Position numbers and translations under genes: made by a program
NCBI GenBank assembly: GCA_964199315.1
Contig: OZ116709.1
Span: 8,370,001 to 8,434,000, forward strand
DNA from: Orbicella franksi
Lineage: Eukaryota
Direction: 5' to 3'
DNA length: 64,000 bases
Part shown: positions 22,623 through 34,915 of the stretch, one piece after another
How positions within the stretch are numbered: the stretch's first letter is position 1
How the letters are laid out: every line of letters starts with the position of its first letter
The notes under the pieces: generated by a model
What the model saw: only the letters and a program-made list of their open reading frames with translations
What the model was told of the DNA's origin: nothing
Database searches by the model: none

Positions 22623-25600
22623 ATGGAACGTAAAAGCGAAGGGCAAATTTTGGTGAATGAAATTATCACTCAGCTAAAAACTAAGGAGGTAAGAATTTTC
22701 GTTTCATTGAAAAGATTTCCCAAAACGTTTTCAAACAAATGCTAAAAAGTGTTTATTAAAAGAGGCTTAGATTCGTTCGCTCATTACAAGTGCAAGCGTC
22801 TTAAGTTTAGCGTGAAGGTAATAGATACGTTCAAAAACCTTAAGTTGAACCACCACTCTTCTTGTAAACAAGAATGTAGTTGAAATTTGTTCTGATTATT
22901 ACAGTTTTGAAACAGTGATTTTCTTACTCAATTAGTGCCTATTTAGTGTTATTTTTTCAGTCGCCAGGTCAACAATTATATCTACAAGGGACTTCCTGAG
23001 AACAACTTCAACTAAAATGATCGACTTTTTGTTTCTTCTTGACTCGACCTGGATTTTTTGAACCTTTCTTGACATAACTACCTCACAACACCAAGTAGAA
23101 ACTAATTGAAAGAACTCCTTCATCGACAAGATAAAAATATCGCTATGAATTATTTACACGTCGTCCTATTGTGAAGTCTTTGATCTGAACCACTTTTATT
23201 TGGATAACAATCTGATGTACTTGTTACAACATGACGTCAAGATTTTGCGTCGGTATTACTAAAGAAGTCCAACTCTTTCTTTTAAGGTCGAAAAGCAAAC
23301 GAGAGAAATGAGAAAGAGAATACGCGAGATTGTTGTTGTTGTTGTTGTTAAACATTCCATATTGATTTTTGTTTATCCACACTGAAAGAAAAGAAAGTTA
23401 GATGCGAAAACTTGTTTGGTTGTACAACGGGGTCTCCCGTTTCCCATTTTAACCGTTCAGTGCAACTCCTTGCACCCTGTTGTTGTTGCTGTTGTTATTG
23501 TTGTCGTTACTGCTGCTGCTGCTATCGTTGTTGTGGCTGGGAAGAGCAGTCAATTCCACGAGCACTTTCGATCATGGCTCAGTTAAACACGTGTTTTAAC
23601 ATTAAAATGCCATACTTGTAGGAGTTCAAAGCTAGAGGAGCACACAGTCCCATTGGCTCTCGTCCAACCAGCGGTCGCGATGGTGCCAGTCCTTCCTCTC
23701 TTGCCCAGGTACAACCGAGAGAGAAGATAAAGGCGACGTTCGTGTTTCCATTGGCTGAGATATACCAATGTCCCGTATGCAAAGACGTGCTCCGATACCC
23801 CGTGCAGTTTGAAGAGTGCGGTCACAGAGTTTGTTCGTCATGTTTTCCTTCGCTGCTGAGGTGAGGTTATTTCACGTTTGTAATTCTCTTTGCTGACCTA
23901 CATAGAAAGTTGGAGGGTGTGCTTTCAGAGACGGAAATAGCAATGCTAGCAGGAATATAACTTCGATTAGGGGTTAAGGGACAATTTTGATCCACTTTAC
24001 TATACTATTGCTATATCTATACCGAGAAAATACGAGTGACTTGTGGGATGTTACATGGTACACCAAACAAAAGCGTTGGGTAACTGGGGGATATACAGGT
24101 GTCGAATACGTGCCCACATGCAACTGGCTTCGATGCTCAATCTATTTTTCATTGCTGTTTTGCTTACAGAGTTGAACCGCGATGCCCAATCGATCAGATT
24201 CAGATTAACAAAGAAGCTGTGAGTTATATAATTGAGTTTCATATATCCTTAGTGTTAGACCCGAACGGTACTCTAATCAAAGTACTGAATGATGCGTTTC
24301 TTAGGTACGTTAATGCTTTCGAAGCTAATAGGAGGTATAGGTAGTTATAGAAGGTCTCAGTTTATGCAATGACAGTTGTTGAGTTTCAAACTGCAATTCC
24401 TTAGTTTTATCATGAATTAAATTACTTCACTGTGATTGGCTGAGGGCAGGCTGATTTATCGTTAATTTTTCGTTTGCACTCCGAAAACATTGCCCTTCTA
24501 GGCCGGGTCAAAGTTGATCTTGCATAATTATTCATAACCCTTATTGAATAATCAAATGTGCAAATATCCCTCTTTCTTTGAGTTTCCCTCAGTCATTCGA
24601 TCACAGTGGGTTTTGCCGAGTTAAATTTTACTTCATTGATACAAATTTTTGCTTTAAATGCTAGATCTAGACACTATGTGACACTTGCCTCGCCGAGAGT
24701 TGTCCCAGTTAGGCGAGACAAAACGTTTATATGAAGAAAAGTTGTTCCGCTTCTCAGGGGGCTACCTGCCGAGGCGAGACAACTCGCCCACCCGTCCCCC
24801 GAGACGGGTTCGCCGTCCTCATGTAAACATTTGGTTGAATTTTGCAAAGAATTAATTGAAAAATTAGCTCGGGAACGATTTTTCACCGGGAACGAGGTTG
24901 ACAATACGTAATAAAATGATTTCGTCTCTCTTTCCAGGCTTACGTAGACAAGGCGTTTAATCGGGAGATTTTAGAACTTGATGTGAAGTGTAACAATCAC
25001 GAATGGGGCTGCAAATGGGAGGGAGAATTTCAAAATGCTAAGGTGAGTGAGAAGAATGCGACGAACTCAGTATACATTGTTACATGATTCTTTCTTCCGC
25101 AAAGGCGAAAGGGGATTTTTTTCTGGTGGAGAGAATCAGCTGGACGATATGAGTGCAGGCGCAGGGTTACTTCGATTTTGCGCCTGCAGTCATCTCGCAC
25201 AGCGGCTTTCTATAACGAACGTTTGGAACCTTTGTTGCGGAGGAGAGAGGTCACATGACAATGATGAAGTCCAATGATTAATACTTTTTTCCTGCTCCTT
25301 AGGAACACCAAGATGAATGTGAGTTCGTGGACATGCTGTGTTCTTATGAATGCGGGGCCAAATTCCAGAAGAGGTTTTTCGAAAAGCATGTTAACAAAGA
25401 CTGTCCTAAGAAGATCATCATCTGTCCTTACTGCGACGACCGGCATCTCAGGGAGGATAGAAAGGTTGGGCATTGTCCAAGTTAATTGAACATCCTAAGG
25501 TATGACGCTATGAAGTTACGAACGTAAGCCAACATTTAAGGCTATATAGCAGGCTTCATTAAATTATGGCTACCTTGCCGTAATGCGATTTGGTAACCAA

Positions 25601-28600
25601 GCCCTCCTTTGCTAACCTACGTTATTTTAAGGACTCGCCCGGCGAAGTATTATTAGGCCTTTGTATGATGTATGATGTCTATTTCAGACTCATCATGATG
25701 AGTGTCCAAAACTGCCTGTGGCCTGCCCTAACAAATGTGAAAAGAAAATTGTTATCAACAGGGATCAGGTGAAGAGTGTTTTAGCTACATTGCTGTTGTT
25801 GCTGTTGTTACTGTTGTTGCTACAACGACAATGACTACAAAATTGACGTTGATAACAAGGTCGACGACGATGATGACAGTAATGAAGATGATGACGACAA
25901 CAACGTTTACGATGACAAAAACGACGACGATGATGATAATTATCATGATATGATGATGATGACGACGACGACTATTATAGCGGTAATAACGATGATGACG
26001 ACAACGACTTTGACAATGATGACTACAACTTTGACGACAACGGCGACGACGACGATGATAATAATGATTATGATGTGATGATGATGATGACCATGAAAAT
26101 GCCATGATTTACGGTTGTCTCTGTGAACAATGATTTCCGGTCGTCCGATTTTTTTTAATATGCCGTAATTTTTCTGTGCATGTAGAAATTTACCAATGAC
26201 TTCATTGTGAATGTTTCAGCTTGATCGTCACGTTGCGGAAGAATGTCCTAAGACAAAGGTAACCTGTCAATACGAAGACATTGGCTGCTCTCACAGAGTA
26301 AGTGAGCAAACTTAGAACAAATGCTGGCGGGTAACAGGTCTGGCGAAGCACAGGTTGTAATTCACAGGTTCTAATTCTTAGAACCAATAGTTGTAATTTA
26401 TGGGGATACAGATTATGTTTTTAGATACATTGACTGTCGCATCCTCCCGCGTCCTCTATAAAGGTTTCACATAGAATGTCTTGTGTAAGGTAGTCAGAAG
26501 TTTCCGGCGGTTCAGTAGGCGCATAAACCATCGGAAAAATAGCGCGGAAATACAAGAAAATAATGGCCAGAATATTCCGGGAACTATAGACTACGAGTAG
26601 TTGGTTTTAGTTCCTGAAACTTGGTTAATATTGACCGCTCTCACATGATTGCGCGCTAGAAACTTAACTCCTCGCACGCTAGGAAAAGACTGCTCGTAGT
26701 CTGCGGAAACTGAAAAAAGCCACAGAATGTGATACATTTCGTTAAAAAATCAACTGCCTAGAGTTTGATACGAAACGTAAGACTGATTGTAGTAGACTAA
26801 AAGTGGCAAAATTCAGCAGCATTTCGCTCACTGAATGGAAACATATTTTCGGCATAAGGCTAAGCACTTCAGTAGAATTTGTTACCTTGCATTTTAGGGT
26901 CTTGTCCTTTGATTGCTCGATTCTGAGCAACACAAATGATAATGGTAGCCGAGTAAAGACGCCAACTCGTACAGGCCTTGCAGTTGCTTCATTTAACTTG
27001 CACGAGGCTTCGTGTCTTCCCCTAAACTGTCTCGATGGTCATAATTTTCCAGAATATAGACGACTTAAGAGGAGCGGACTGTGCCAGGAGTAGTTTAAAT
27101 GTCTCGATCGCTCGCTTTCCACACATGTTTCATTCAGCTCTAAAAGTTAACACCTCGCCACTGGAGTGGATGATGTGGGCATTTCACTTTGATATACACG
27201 AAGTGATTGTTTAAAATGGCGGCAAAATTTTAGACGCGGTTAGTCACTTCTTGAGTTGAATGAAACAGGTGTGGGTGGCAAGCAGGCGTCCGGCGAGACA
27301 AAGTTTTATCCCGAAATATTCCCTGTGCAATCTCTTCTAAGGTCGTCTATATTCTTTACAATTACAGCAATTAAGACAAACGAGAAAGGTTTAGGGGAAT
27401 ATCCGAAGAAACGCCTTGTGCAAGTCTAATGAAAGAAGAGTTTACTTATTTACGCAGCCGCCACCATAAGACTACAGAGTTTGTTGTTCAGAAACGAACA
27501 AGTTCACCTGCAGTTTCGCTAGAATATAAAAGGACAAGAAACAAATCAAAGGTAACAACTTTAGAGCGTTCATTTTATACCGAAAAGCGTTTTTTCCTTC
27601 GAAGTTCCGAACGAAACTGTGTCGGTTTTAAATCTTCCCGACTTTTTTGCTGCTTTTCTTCTTCGCCAGTCGCTTTGGTCGCAGTACACTTACAAACATC
27701 GTCGAGCGATGGAGGCGGCTGTTTTCGCAGGTTAATAGGCGACAGATAAAAAAGACAACCATTTTGATGAGGGTGTTGCTTTTATGTTGCACTGAATTCT
27801 TAAAACAACGATCAAAATAGATGTATGAAAATCGGTAAGGAGAATAGACCTTAGCTTATCAGGGTTTTCGAAGCCATCTTGACGGGTAGTCGAAGCAATC
27901 AGAAATTACAGTGTTTGTATGGGAGTCCGGTGGCAATAACTTTTTCCAAAATTGAATTTTACACAATTTGTGAATCACAGCGTTAAAATACTAGGTAGAA
28001 GATTGTATTCACCAAGTTTGAAGGATGTAACTCGGCTAGAAGACGCTCAGATAATTTTTCGAATTTTCCATACATTTGTCCCTTTTTTTTCCCGCGAACC
28101 GCGTCTACCCAGTCAAATTTACTATTAATAGCAATCTTGAAAATAAACATTTTTTACGTTTTGTACAGTGCAGTCGAGAGAAACTGCCCAAACACCACAA
28201 GAGCGATTTGATTAATCACGTGAGGTTGCTCTACGGAGTGGTCATGGACCAGAAAACAGAACTGCAAGATATTAAGGCCAAGCTTAAAGAACAGACCGAC
28301 ACGAACAGTAAACAAGAACAGCGAATCGAGGACTTGGAACGAATCACCAACAGTCAGCTGGTATGGAGAATCGACGACTACCAACGGAAGTTTAAAGCGG
28401 CCAAGAGCGGGGAAATGGACACGATTTTTAGCCCGGAGTTCTATACAAGCAGGAATGGTTACCGGCTGATGGCCTCCGCATGTTTGAACGGGGATGGTAA
28501 GGGAAAGGGCACGCATTTATCTGTGTTTATCAGCGTGGTGCAAGGTGAGTGGTATTTACTACAGAATAGCATTTTAGAGAAGGCTTTGATAGGTTGAATT

Positions 28601-31108
28601 ATAATAAAGTTTCCATATAACGCGCGCTCTGATTGGCTGAAAGTGCGTGCTTTATCAGAGAACAGAGCACGGGTTGATGACGGTAAGTTGGCTTTCAAAT
28701 TTTTGCGTCGGAATTTTGACAAATTTGCGCCAAATTAAACATCCCCTGTGATTCAGACAAACGCAATGGAAACGAGCTATTTGTCTGTAGTAAATATGGC
28801 TCACAGAGACCATTGTTAAAACTGTACTAAAATAACAAGTTTTGCTAGATTCCCGCCGACAAAACACGTAACGAAATAAACAAATTCTCAACCTAAACAG
28901 TGCTTCGATAAAAGACATTATATTTGTTACGAAGGCAGAAATTATACTTAAGAAGTAAAACAATGATAGAAAACAACAATTGAAGTGTCTCTGTTTATGA
29001 TGAGAAGCTTTATTTTTGTAAAAATGCTCAATTGCTCAAACAACACTTACATGCAGTGTAGTAACGCTCGTTCTCCGGTCATCTCAGCGAAGTGAACCGA
29101 CGAGTGCTCAGTGCAAAGCTTGCTCTGATATTCTCTTCTGTGCTCGGAGTGACGGGTGACGCCACTTTTGTTCGTTTGGAAAATAAAGTTTGGTTTGAAA
29201 ATTCAGCCAAATGCGTGGGGAAATTATTAGATTCTTTATCATAAAACAAATAAAGAAGCCTCGAGTGTGCTCTGTTCTGTTGTAAAGCACTTAGGAAGCG
29301 GTAGAGCACTCAAGAAGTGGGGAAAAACACTCGACTTCGTCTCGTGTTTTCCCCTACACTTCTTTCGTGCTCTACCGCTTCCTGCGTGCTTTACAACAGA
29401 ACAGAGCACAGTCGAGGCTTCTTTATTTGTTAAATAGAGCTCACTGCCGCGTGTCTATCATCATCATCATCATCATTATCATCATCATCATCATCATCAT
29501 CATCATCTTCATCATCATCGTCGTCGTCATCATCATCATTCTCATTTCTCCATTCTCCACGTGGAGTGTTGGGCTGTAGGTTCTCTGCCTCCAGACTACC
29601 CTGTCCTCTGCAGTCGATGCTGCCTCTGCCTAGGTTCATCATCATCATCATCATCATCATCATTTATCTATTCTTCGAGAGGAGAATTGGGCTGTTCACT
29701 CCGCCTGCAGGCTACCCTGTCCTCTTCCGCAGGTTCTTAGTCCCGTCTCCTTAAAGGTTCTATAGCTTACAGTAAAGAAACACAGCAAAGCTTCCCGTAA
29801 GTTAAAAAAGTGAAAACATTTTGTCCGAGTTCAGACTGTAGTGTTTTAGAAACACTCATGAAGGTATATGGAAACTACTCAAGGTTTGCTTTTCCACAGC
29901 TTTTATCATTCGCTTGTGTCTGGGCAGAAACAAGGAGTTTTTTACTTTTTATGCACTTTTAACAAATATAGTTATTATTCGATGCATTTTCTCTTCTCCT
30001 TTTCATTGGCCGGGAACCCACCGCGTGATGTGCAAATAATTGCCTACAAATGATGGTCTGCTCATGCGCACCAGCAGTACCGTCTAAATGTGCTTTACTG
30101 CAAATAATACCTGTTCATGCGTAATTGTAACCACACACGTGTGTAGAAAATGGCAAATCGCTACCCTGAGTTGTCAGAGAGTGATTTAAAAATATGAAAA
30201 CAAACTTGGTGATCGAAAGAGAAAACATTAAATTAGTGAACTCGGTTATCACAAAATACCGTGATTTGTCAGTGTCTCGCAGATAAATTATTTCCCTCAG
30301 CCTTCTTCTCTGGCAAATAATTGATCTGCTTGCCATTGACAAATCATGATATTTTGTGATAACCGGGTTCAATAAATGTTTATTTCTGCTGCGTGCAGAC
30401 ATCTACAAGCTATTTCTCTTCGCTCGTAAAATAGTCTGTCCGCAGGATACGTCAGAACAGCAGGTTTTACTAAGAATTTCACTTATTTGGCATGTCCGTT
30501 GTAAACTGAAAGCACACATATATCTCGCGAAAGAGGTTAAATAACTCGTCTTATTTCTCAAAATGACGTTTTTATCTGTAGATTTTATAATTTCGAATAT
30601 TTCTAAGATGAGTTCCCCGGTGCGCTTCAGATCATTTACATTAAAAGGAGCTACAAACCTAAAAATAACCTTGCTGTGTAAAAAAGGCTGTTAATTCATG
30701 GCTCATGACTTCTCCTTGTTATGCGCTCTTGACCGAACTTTGTAGACAAGGCATAGAAACGAAACTAGGAGATCCAATAAGGAAGGCAGTTTTTCACCCG
30801 CAAAACTCTTTCCTGTCCTAGGGATATACGACCCGCTCTTAACCTGGCCGTTCAGTTATCGTACCACGTTTTATCTTTTGGATCAGAACGCAGACCTTGC
30901 CAAAAGAAAACACATCACGTTTTCAGTAAAACCGAACGTCTGTCCTGAAAACGAGCCGTTTCTTGGTCGACCCAAGACCAACAAAAACCCCAGCTTTGGC
31001 TCTGGGAAATTTGCTTCGCACGAGGACATCGAAAACGGAGAGTACGTCAAAGACAACACTATTTTTATCAAAGTTTGCGTGGAAAATGATGGAATGAGTG
31101 AACCTTGA
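22623..31108 (+). CDS. TRAF family protein (TRAF-A): C3HC3D RING, TRAF zinc fingers, coiled coil, MATH/TRAF-C domain; about 480 aa
   Basis: Exons 22623-22688 (inferred first exon MERKSEG...TKE), 23622-23860 (RING CPVCKDVLRYPVQFEECGHRVCSSC), 24170-24218 (RCPID), 24938-25042 (KCNNHEWGCKWEG), 25303-25464, 25688-25768, 26220-26297, 28169-28544 (WRIDDY...FYTSRNGYRL...LNGDGKGKGTHLSVF), 30822-31108 (YDPLLTWPF...YVKDNTIFIKV...MSEP*). The total of 1443 nt is an open frame and all introns are GT-AG. Confidence 0.93.
23477..23535 (+). repeat. Compound (TGT/TGC)n microsatellite
   Basis: tgttgttgttgctgttgttattgttgtcgttactgctgctgctgctatcgttgttgt; explains the poly-Cys ORF at 23412. Confidence 0.9.
25790..26105 (+). 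repeat. Compound trinucleotide microsatellite (GAT/GAC/ACA)n in a TRAF-A intron
   Basis: About 300 bp of gacgacgatgatgac/acaacaacg; explains the poly-His/Arg/Ile/Val ORF at 25785. Confidence 0.92.
26588..26702. mobile_element. Short MITE
   Basis: Inverted termini tagactacgagtagt ... gactgctcgtagtct. Confidence 0.6.
28594..29435 (+). mobile_element. Non-autonomous element with a CCAAT-containing 5' part and a terminal hairpin of about 185 bp
   Basis: Begins ...ataacgcgcgctctgattggctga. Ends in the inverted repeat aacaaataaagaagcctcgagtgtgctctgttctgttgtaaagcac..aggaagcggtagagcac / gtgctctaccgcttcct..gtgctttacaacagaacagagcacagtcgaggcttctttatttgtt (29245-29431). Confidence 0.75.
29457..29735 (-). 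mobile_element. Two tandem, extremely 5'-truncated RTE-like LINE 3' ends with (GAT)n tails
   Basis: Each unit is a (cat)n tract (29457-29539; 29637-29663) followed by a shared core ttgggctgt...gcct.cag.ctaccctgtcctct. The minus strand reads AEDRVVWR and EEDRVACR, the AxDRxxWR motif of RTE ORF ends. Confidence 0.65.
29985..30545 (+). mobile_element. Non-autonomous hairpin-containing element, possibly Crypton-derived
   Basis: Internal inverted repeat aactcggttatcacaaaataccgtgatttgtcagtg / cattgacaaatcatgatattttgtgataaccgggtt (30238-30370), and a truncated ORF start MANRYPELSESDLK at 30150. Confidence 0.5.
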
Positions 31109-31934
31109 TCTGCTTCCAGAGGAAGAATGGAACTTTCTTACGTCATTCTATAACTCAGGCGCAAGGGCTTCTGGGATTGTTTGGGTAATCTCTGATAAGT
31201 TCAAAACGGTTGCGACAGCACCTCTCCCCACTCTCCTCGCAGCTCGGGCAAGCCTTGGATCACTCTCCTTCAAAGATAAAGAAAGAATCAAGAATTTTAA
31301 GATCTCTCTCTCGCTGAAGGGGGTGTACCTAAATTTCAATGGAAGTCATCTGTTTTAACCTGATCGAAAACTCGCTTGCGTAAGTGATGGACTTTCTTCG
31401 ATCATTGGCATAAGATTTACTCTATGTTTTAATTACAACGTTTCAAATGCTATTAACAAGTTGTCCCTCTTTCCAAAACGCTATGTCAATAAAAGAGAAA
31501 TTCAAGATAATTTAGACTTTCCCTTTGAGGCAAGTGTAACGTGTAATCCTACTGTACAAAAGAGTGACGAGCATTCGAATTCTCCTTACAATATTTATAT
31601 ATCGTCAAGCAAGAGGTGATGAGAATAAACAAAATGATCAGTTAGGGAAACACTCTCATGATGTACCACCAGCAATCAGGAATTAAGGAATGCTAATTTA
31701 AGCTCCTTGCATTTTTTTGGAAACCATCTTGACAAGTTATAAGAGCCCTGCCATAAGTTACATTGTTGTGTGTAAGTCGGGTGGCAAATGTTTATCCCAA
31801 CATGAATTTTTACACTCTCAAACCTTAACTGATTGTTACCGAAAGATCGTTTCTTAAGAGAATATAACTAGTTCATTTTCTTGATAAATACTGCATTCTT
31901 ATCTCAAGAATTCCATACATTACATTCAGCTGAA

Positions 31935-32208
31935 AAGCAGTTTTCAATTGAGTGTCGTAAAACCAAAACCAAAGTAATCACTCTGGCCAATTACAGATAG
32001 GACACAGGAAATCCATTGAACCAGTCAAAGCTGGAAAAAATGACATGTAGCTGACGCAAAGCGCGGGAAAACGCGTGCGGGCGAGTCACGATTGGTTTTG
32101 GTTTTACTTCTGATTGGATAAAAAAGATGCGCGAGTTTTTTTAAGCCAATCGTGTTGCGTAGCTGATGCAGAACTAATTACTTATTAACACTCAAATGAA
32201 AAACGCTC
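31935..32208. mobile_element. MITE; degenerate partial copy at about 44104-44225
   Basis: Inverted termini agcagttttcaattgagtgt ... acactcaaatgaaaaacgct; interior with aaaccaaaaccaaag / ttggttttggtttt. Confidence 0.8.
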
Positions 32209-34744
32209 CAATTATACGGATCAAAACGGATAAAGAGTAAGAGAGTTAATTCCCCATATAGACTTTATTCCCAAAGTAATTCCTCTCCAGTTATTTGTAG
32301 ATCACTTCCGGTTTCGGAAATCCCAAGAGGGTCTGGTAATAGCCAATCCTGGGAAGCGACTTTTGCTCACGTGGACAGTACGAGCGGCTTTCATCATCCG
32401 TCCTTATCGTGCCACGGGACGCACAAGGCCTTACAAGCGCCTTTACAGTCGTTTTAATCCTTCACGTATCGCATGTGGTAACGTTATCCACGGAAAACTG
32501 GATGCCATGTCTAAAAATAACTTGAGATAGAACATCATGAGAATAAGGCCATTAAATCCCTCACCCTTCTCTTGAAAAAGAAAATGCTAAACTGAATGGC
32601 TTCCAAGATGTTCGTATTACCTCATGCACTCAGTTAGCTAATATATTTACTTAGCTATTTTGAAAAGTTCCAGTTGTCAGCTAAGTGCTTAAATAAGAAA
32701 TATATTCCCGGAGGAACATATTTCACAAAACATACTCTCATCTCTGACAAGCTTGCGAAAAGTCAGATACCGTCTAAATTAACCTCGGAAAGGTATAATT
32801 TTCTAAACGTTAACTGAGCTAATGGATCTCTTAAACATTTTTTCCATTAAAATTTCAGTCAACACCCTCTATTTATTTTGTACGCATCCTATTTTGGCGA
32901 ACAAAAACTGTTGTTAAAATGAAAATGAACCGATTTTGATTAACTTGATTAACTGCCCGCCTTGCCAATTAGCGTACTTAAAAAAGTGTAGAATTTTCCC
33001 AAATATAGTACGCCAGCAATAATTAGACGCACTACTAAAATAGGCTTTTCAGAGAAATTTCCGCCCTACGCCTGTCTTTCAATTAAGGGTGCGTTTCTTT
33101 TAAAAAATTTCCAATCCTGGATTTTCTTAAAGAAACGCACCCTAAGATAACAGTATACATTTAATAAGGCGAGCTTTAAAATCAGAATCAATTATTGATG
33201 AGTTCTGTCGTGCAGCGCAAAAATGGTTAATATCAGAGACAGAAAATCTTCTTGAATATCTTTCTTTGAAAAGAGAAATAATTTTTTTTTCCGCAATCCA
33301 AACACTGTTTTGGTAGTTAAAAGAGCCTTAACTATCTTTCGTGAAAGTAGACAAAATATGCAAGATTACAACAATGAGGTTAATTGCTGAAAAATGACAG
33401 TTTTTCCGTGTTTGGTGAAATATTCCATTATAATATCAAGATGACTTAAAATTGTCAAAACTTACTATATAACGGACTTTTGTTTCATTGCAATAGTCAT
33501 GCGAAGATGTAAGACACTACGACGAAATACAAGCAGTGAAGGACAAATTATACATGAAAGTACCTTTGCAACGATAGCGTAAACTCTTTCGGGTTCGGAT
33601 TATCTTCGTCCGACACGAGACGTAGCCGAAGGCACCTGACTCGTTTCCAGTTGTAATTAGACACGAAACATCAGCTACGTCAGCTGATCTTAGCCACTTA
33701 ATGAGACATGCATGACTCAGGTTTCTTTACTTTTTCCAATGTGCCAGAGAACGTCGCCTCCTGATAATTTTCAATCATCGCATGAGGCTTCTCTACGATT
33801 CGAGAAGCAATCCAATTTGCTCCCTTTGTGGTGGTCGACATTCCTTCACGTATTTACCTCGATGACGTACATATAATTCCCATATGGCGATTTATCTGTT
33901 TAGCTCGTCCCCTATGTCATGTGAGACATAAACAGAATTCTTCTTAACTACGAAGAATAAATGTGATACCAGACTGAATCCTTCAAAGCTAAAACACTTA
34001 AAAACACTCCAAAGATGATAATAAAATCTTTTAGGCCTATCTAAATCTTTAATTTGTGTTTGTCGTTACAACGGGGAGATACTCGTTAGGATAAAATGTT
34101 TAAAAATAGCTTGAACTTTGCCTTTTCACTTGTTCAGTAGACCCCATGAGAAAGTGTCTTTATTTTGAAAGCCACACAGAAGTACTACAGAAGACTTCAG
34201 GTTGCTATAAACAAACGTCCTGCATCGAATCAGAATGGAACACTGCTCATACCGACCTTGAACTTGAAACATAAATGGTTGTTGCCTAAAGGCAAGTTTT
34301 GAAATTATCTTCGCAGTAGTTGCCATGAGCACGTTTTTTATTGTTTTGCGAATATACACCTATGTAATGTTAGTGATGTGTAGATGTTTGTGAATTTTCA
34401 TTATATCTCGAGAGTGTTCTATTTATAGCAAATCCCAAAAATGGACGGCTTAGAGGTCTTTCAAAATTATCTCTTAGAAGAAAGACTTCGGGTTTCCGCT
34501 AGGCATCGCTTGTGATCACGAATTGGAAATACTGCAATAAAAAAGCCTACAACACAATGCTATCCTCGATGTACAGCTAGAGAAAGAAGATTGGGTGAAT
34601 CATATTTAATACACATCAATTAAAACCTAAATTATTCGCTGGTAAAAATTTCTGCTCTCAGTTTATTTTGTCAGTTCAGCATGACAACAAATACATAATT
34701 CTACATAAAACACTGGACGTGATTAGTCGAGCCGCTGACGTTCA

Positions 34745-34795
34745 ACGGGGGCAGGTGAATGCCGCATGGTACCAGCGCTGTGATTGGTCAGATTT
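34745..34795 (+). promoter_or_regulatory. Putative TRAF-B core promoter (CAGGTG E-box and an inverted CCAAT box)
   Basis: ggcaggtg at 34750 and tgattggtca at 34781, about 130-165 nt upstream of ATG 34916. Confidence 0.45.
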
Positions 34796-34915
34796 TAAAC
34801 TTTACTGGAAGCAGGTGCTGTTGCGGTTAAGTTGGTTTATACAAGTTGCGCTCACGGTTAGCTTCTTGCGGATATCTAACGATTGAAGTTACGATCTTTT
34901 GAGTTGTTTAACAAA

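Noticed and set aside
25785-26105. His/Arg/Ile/Val-rich ORF, and similar poly-amino-acid ORFs at 23412, 29367, 29430 and 29566
   Set aside because: These are translations of trinucleotide microsatellites.
26700-27790. Nested gene in TRAF-A intron 7 (ORFs 26803 and 27429)
   Set aside because: No recognisable domain or consistent splice pattern; probably decayed mobile DNA, but the family could not be assigned.
28154-28516. Antisense ORFs over TRAF MATH exons (also 43777, 43893, 44515, 60127)
   Set aside because: Shadow ORFs caused by the codon structure of the real + strand exons.
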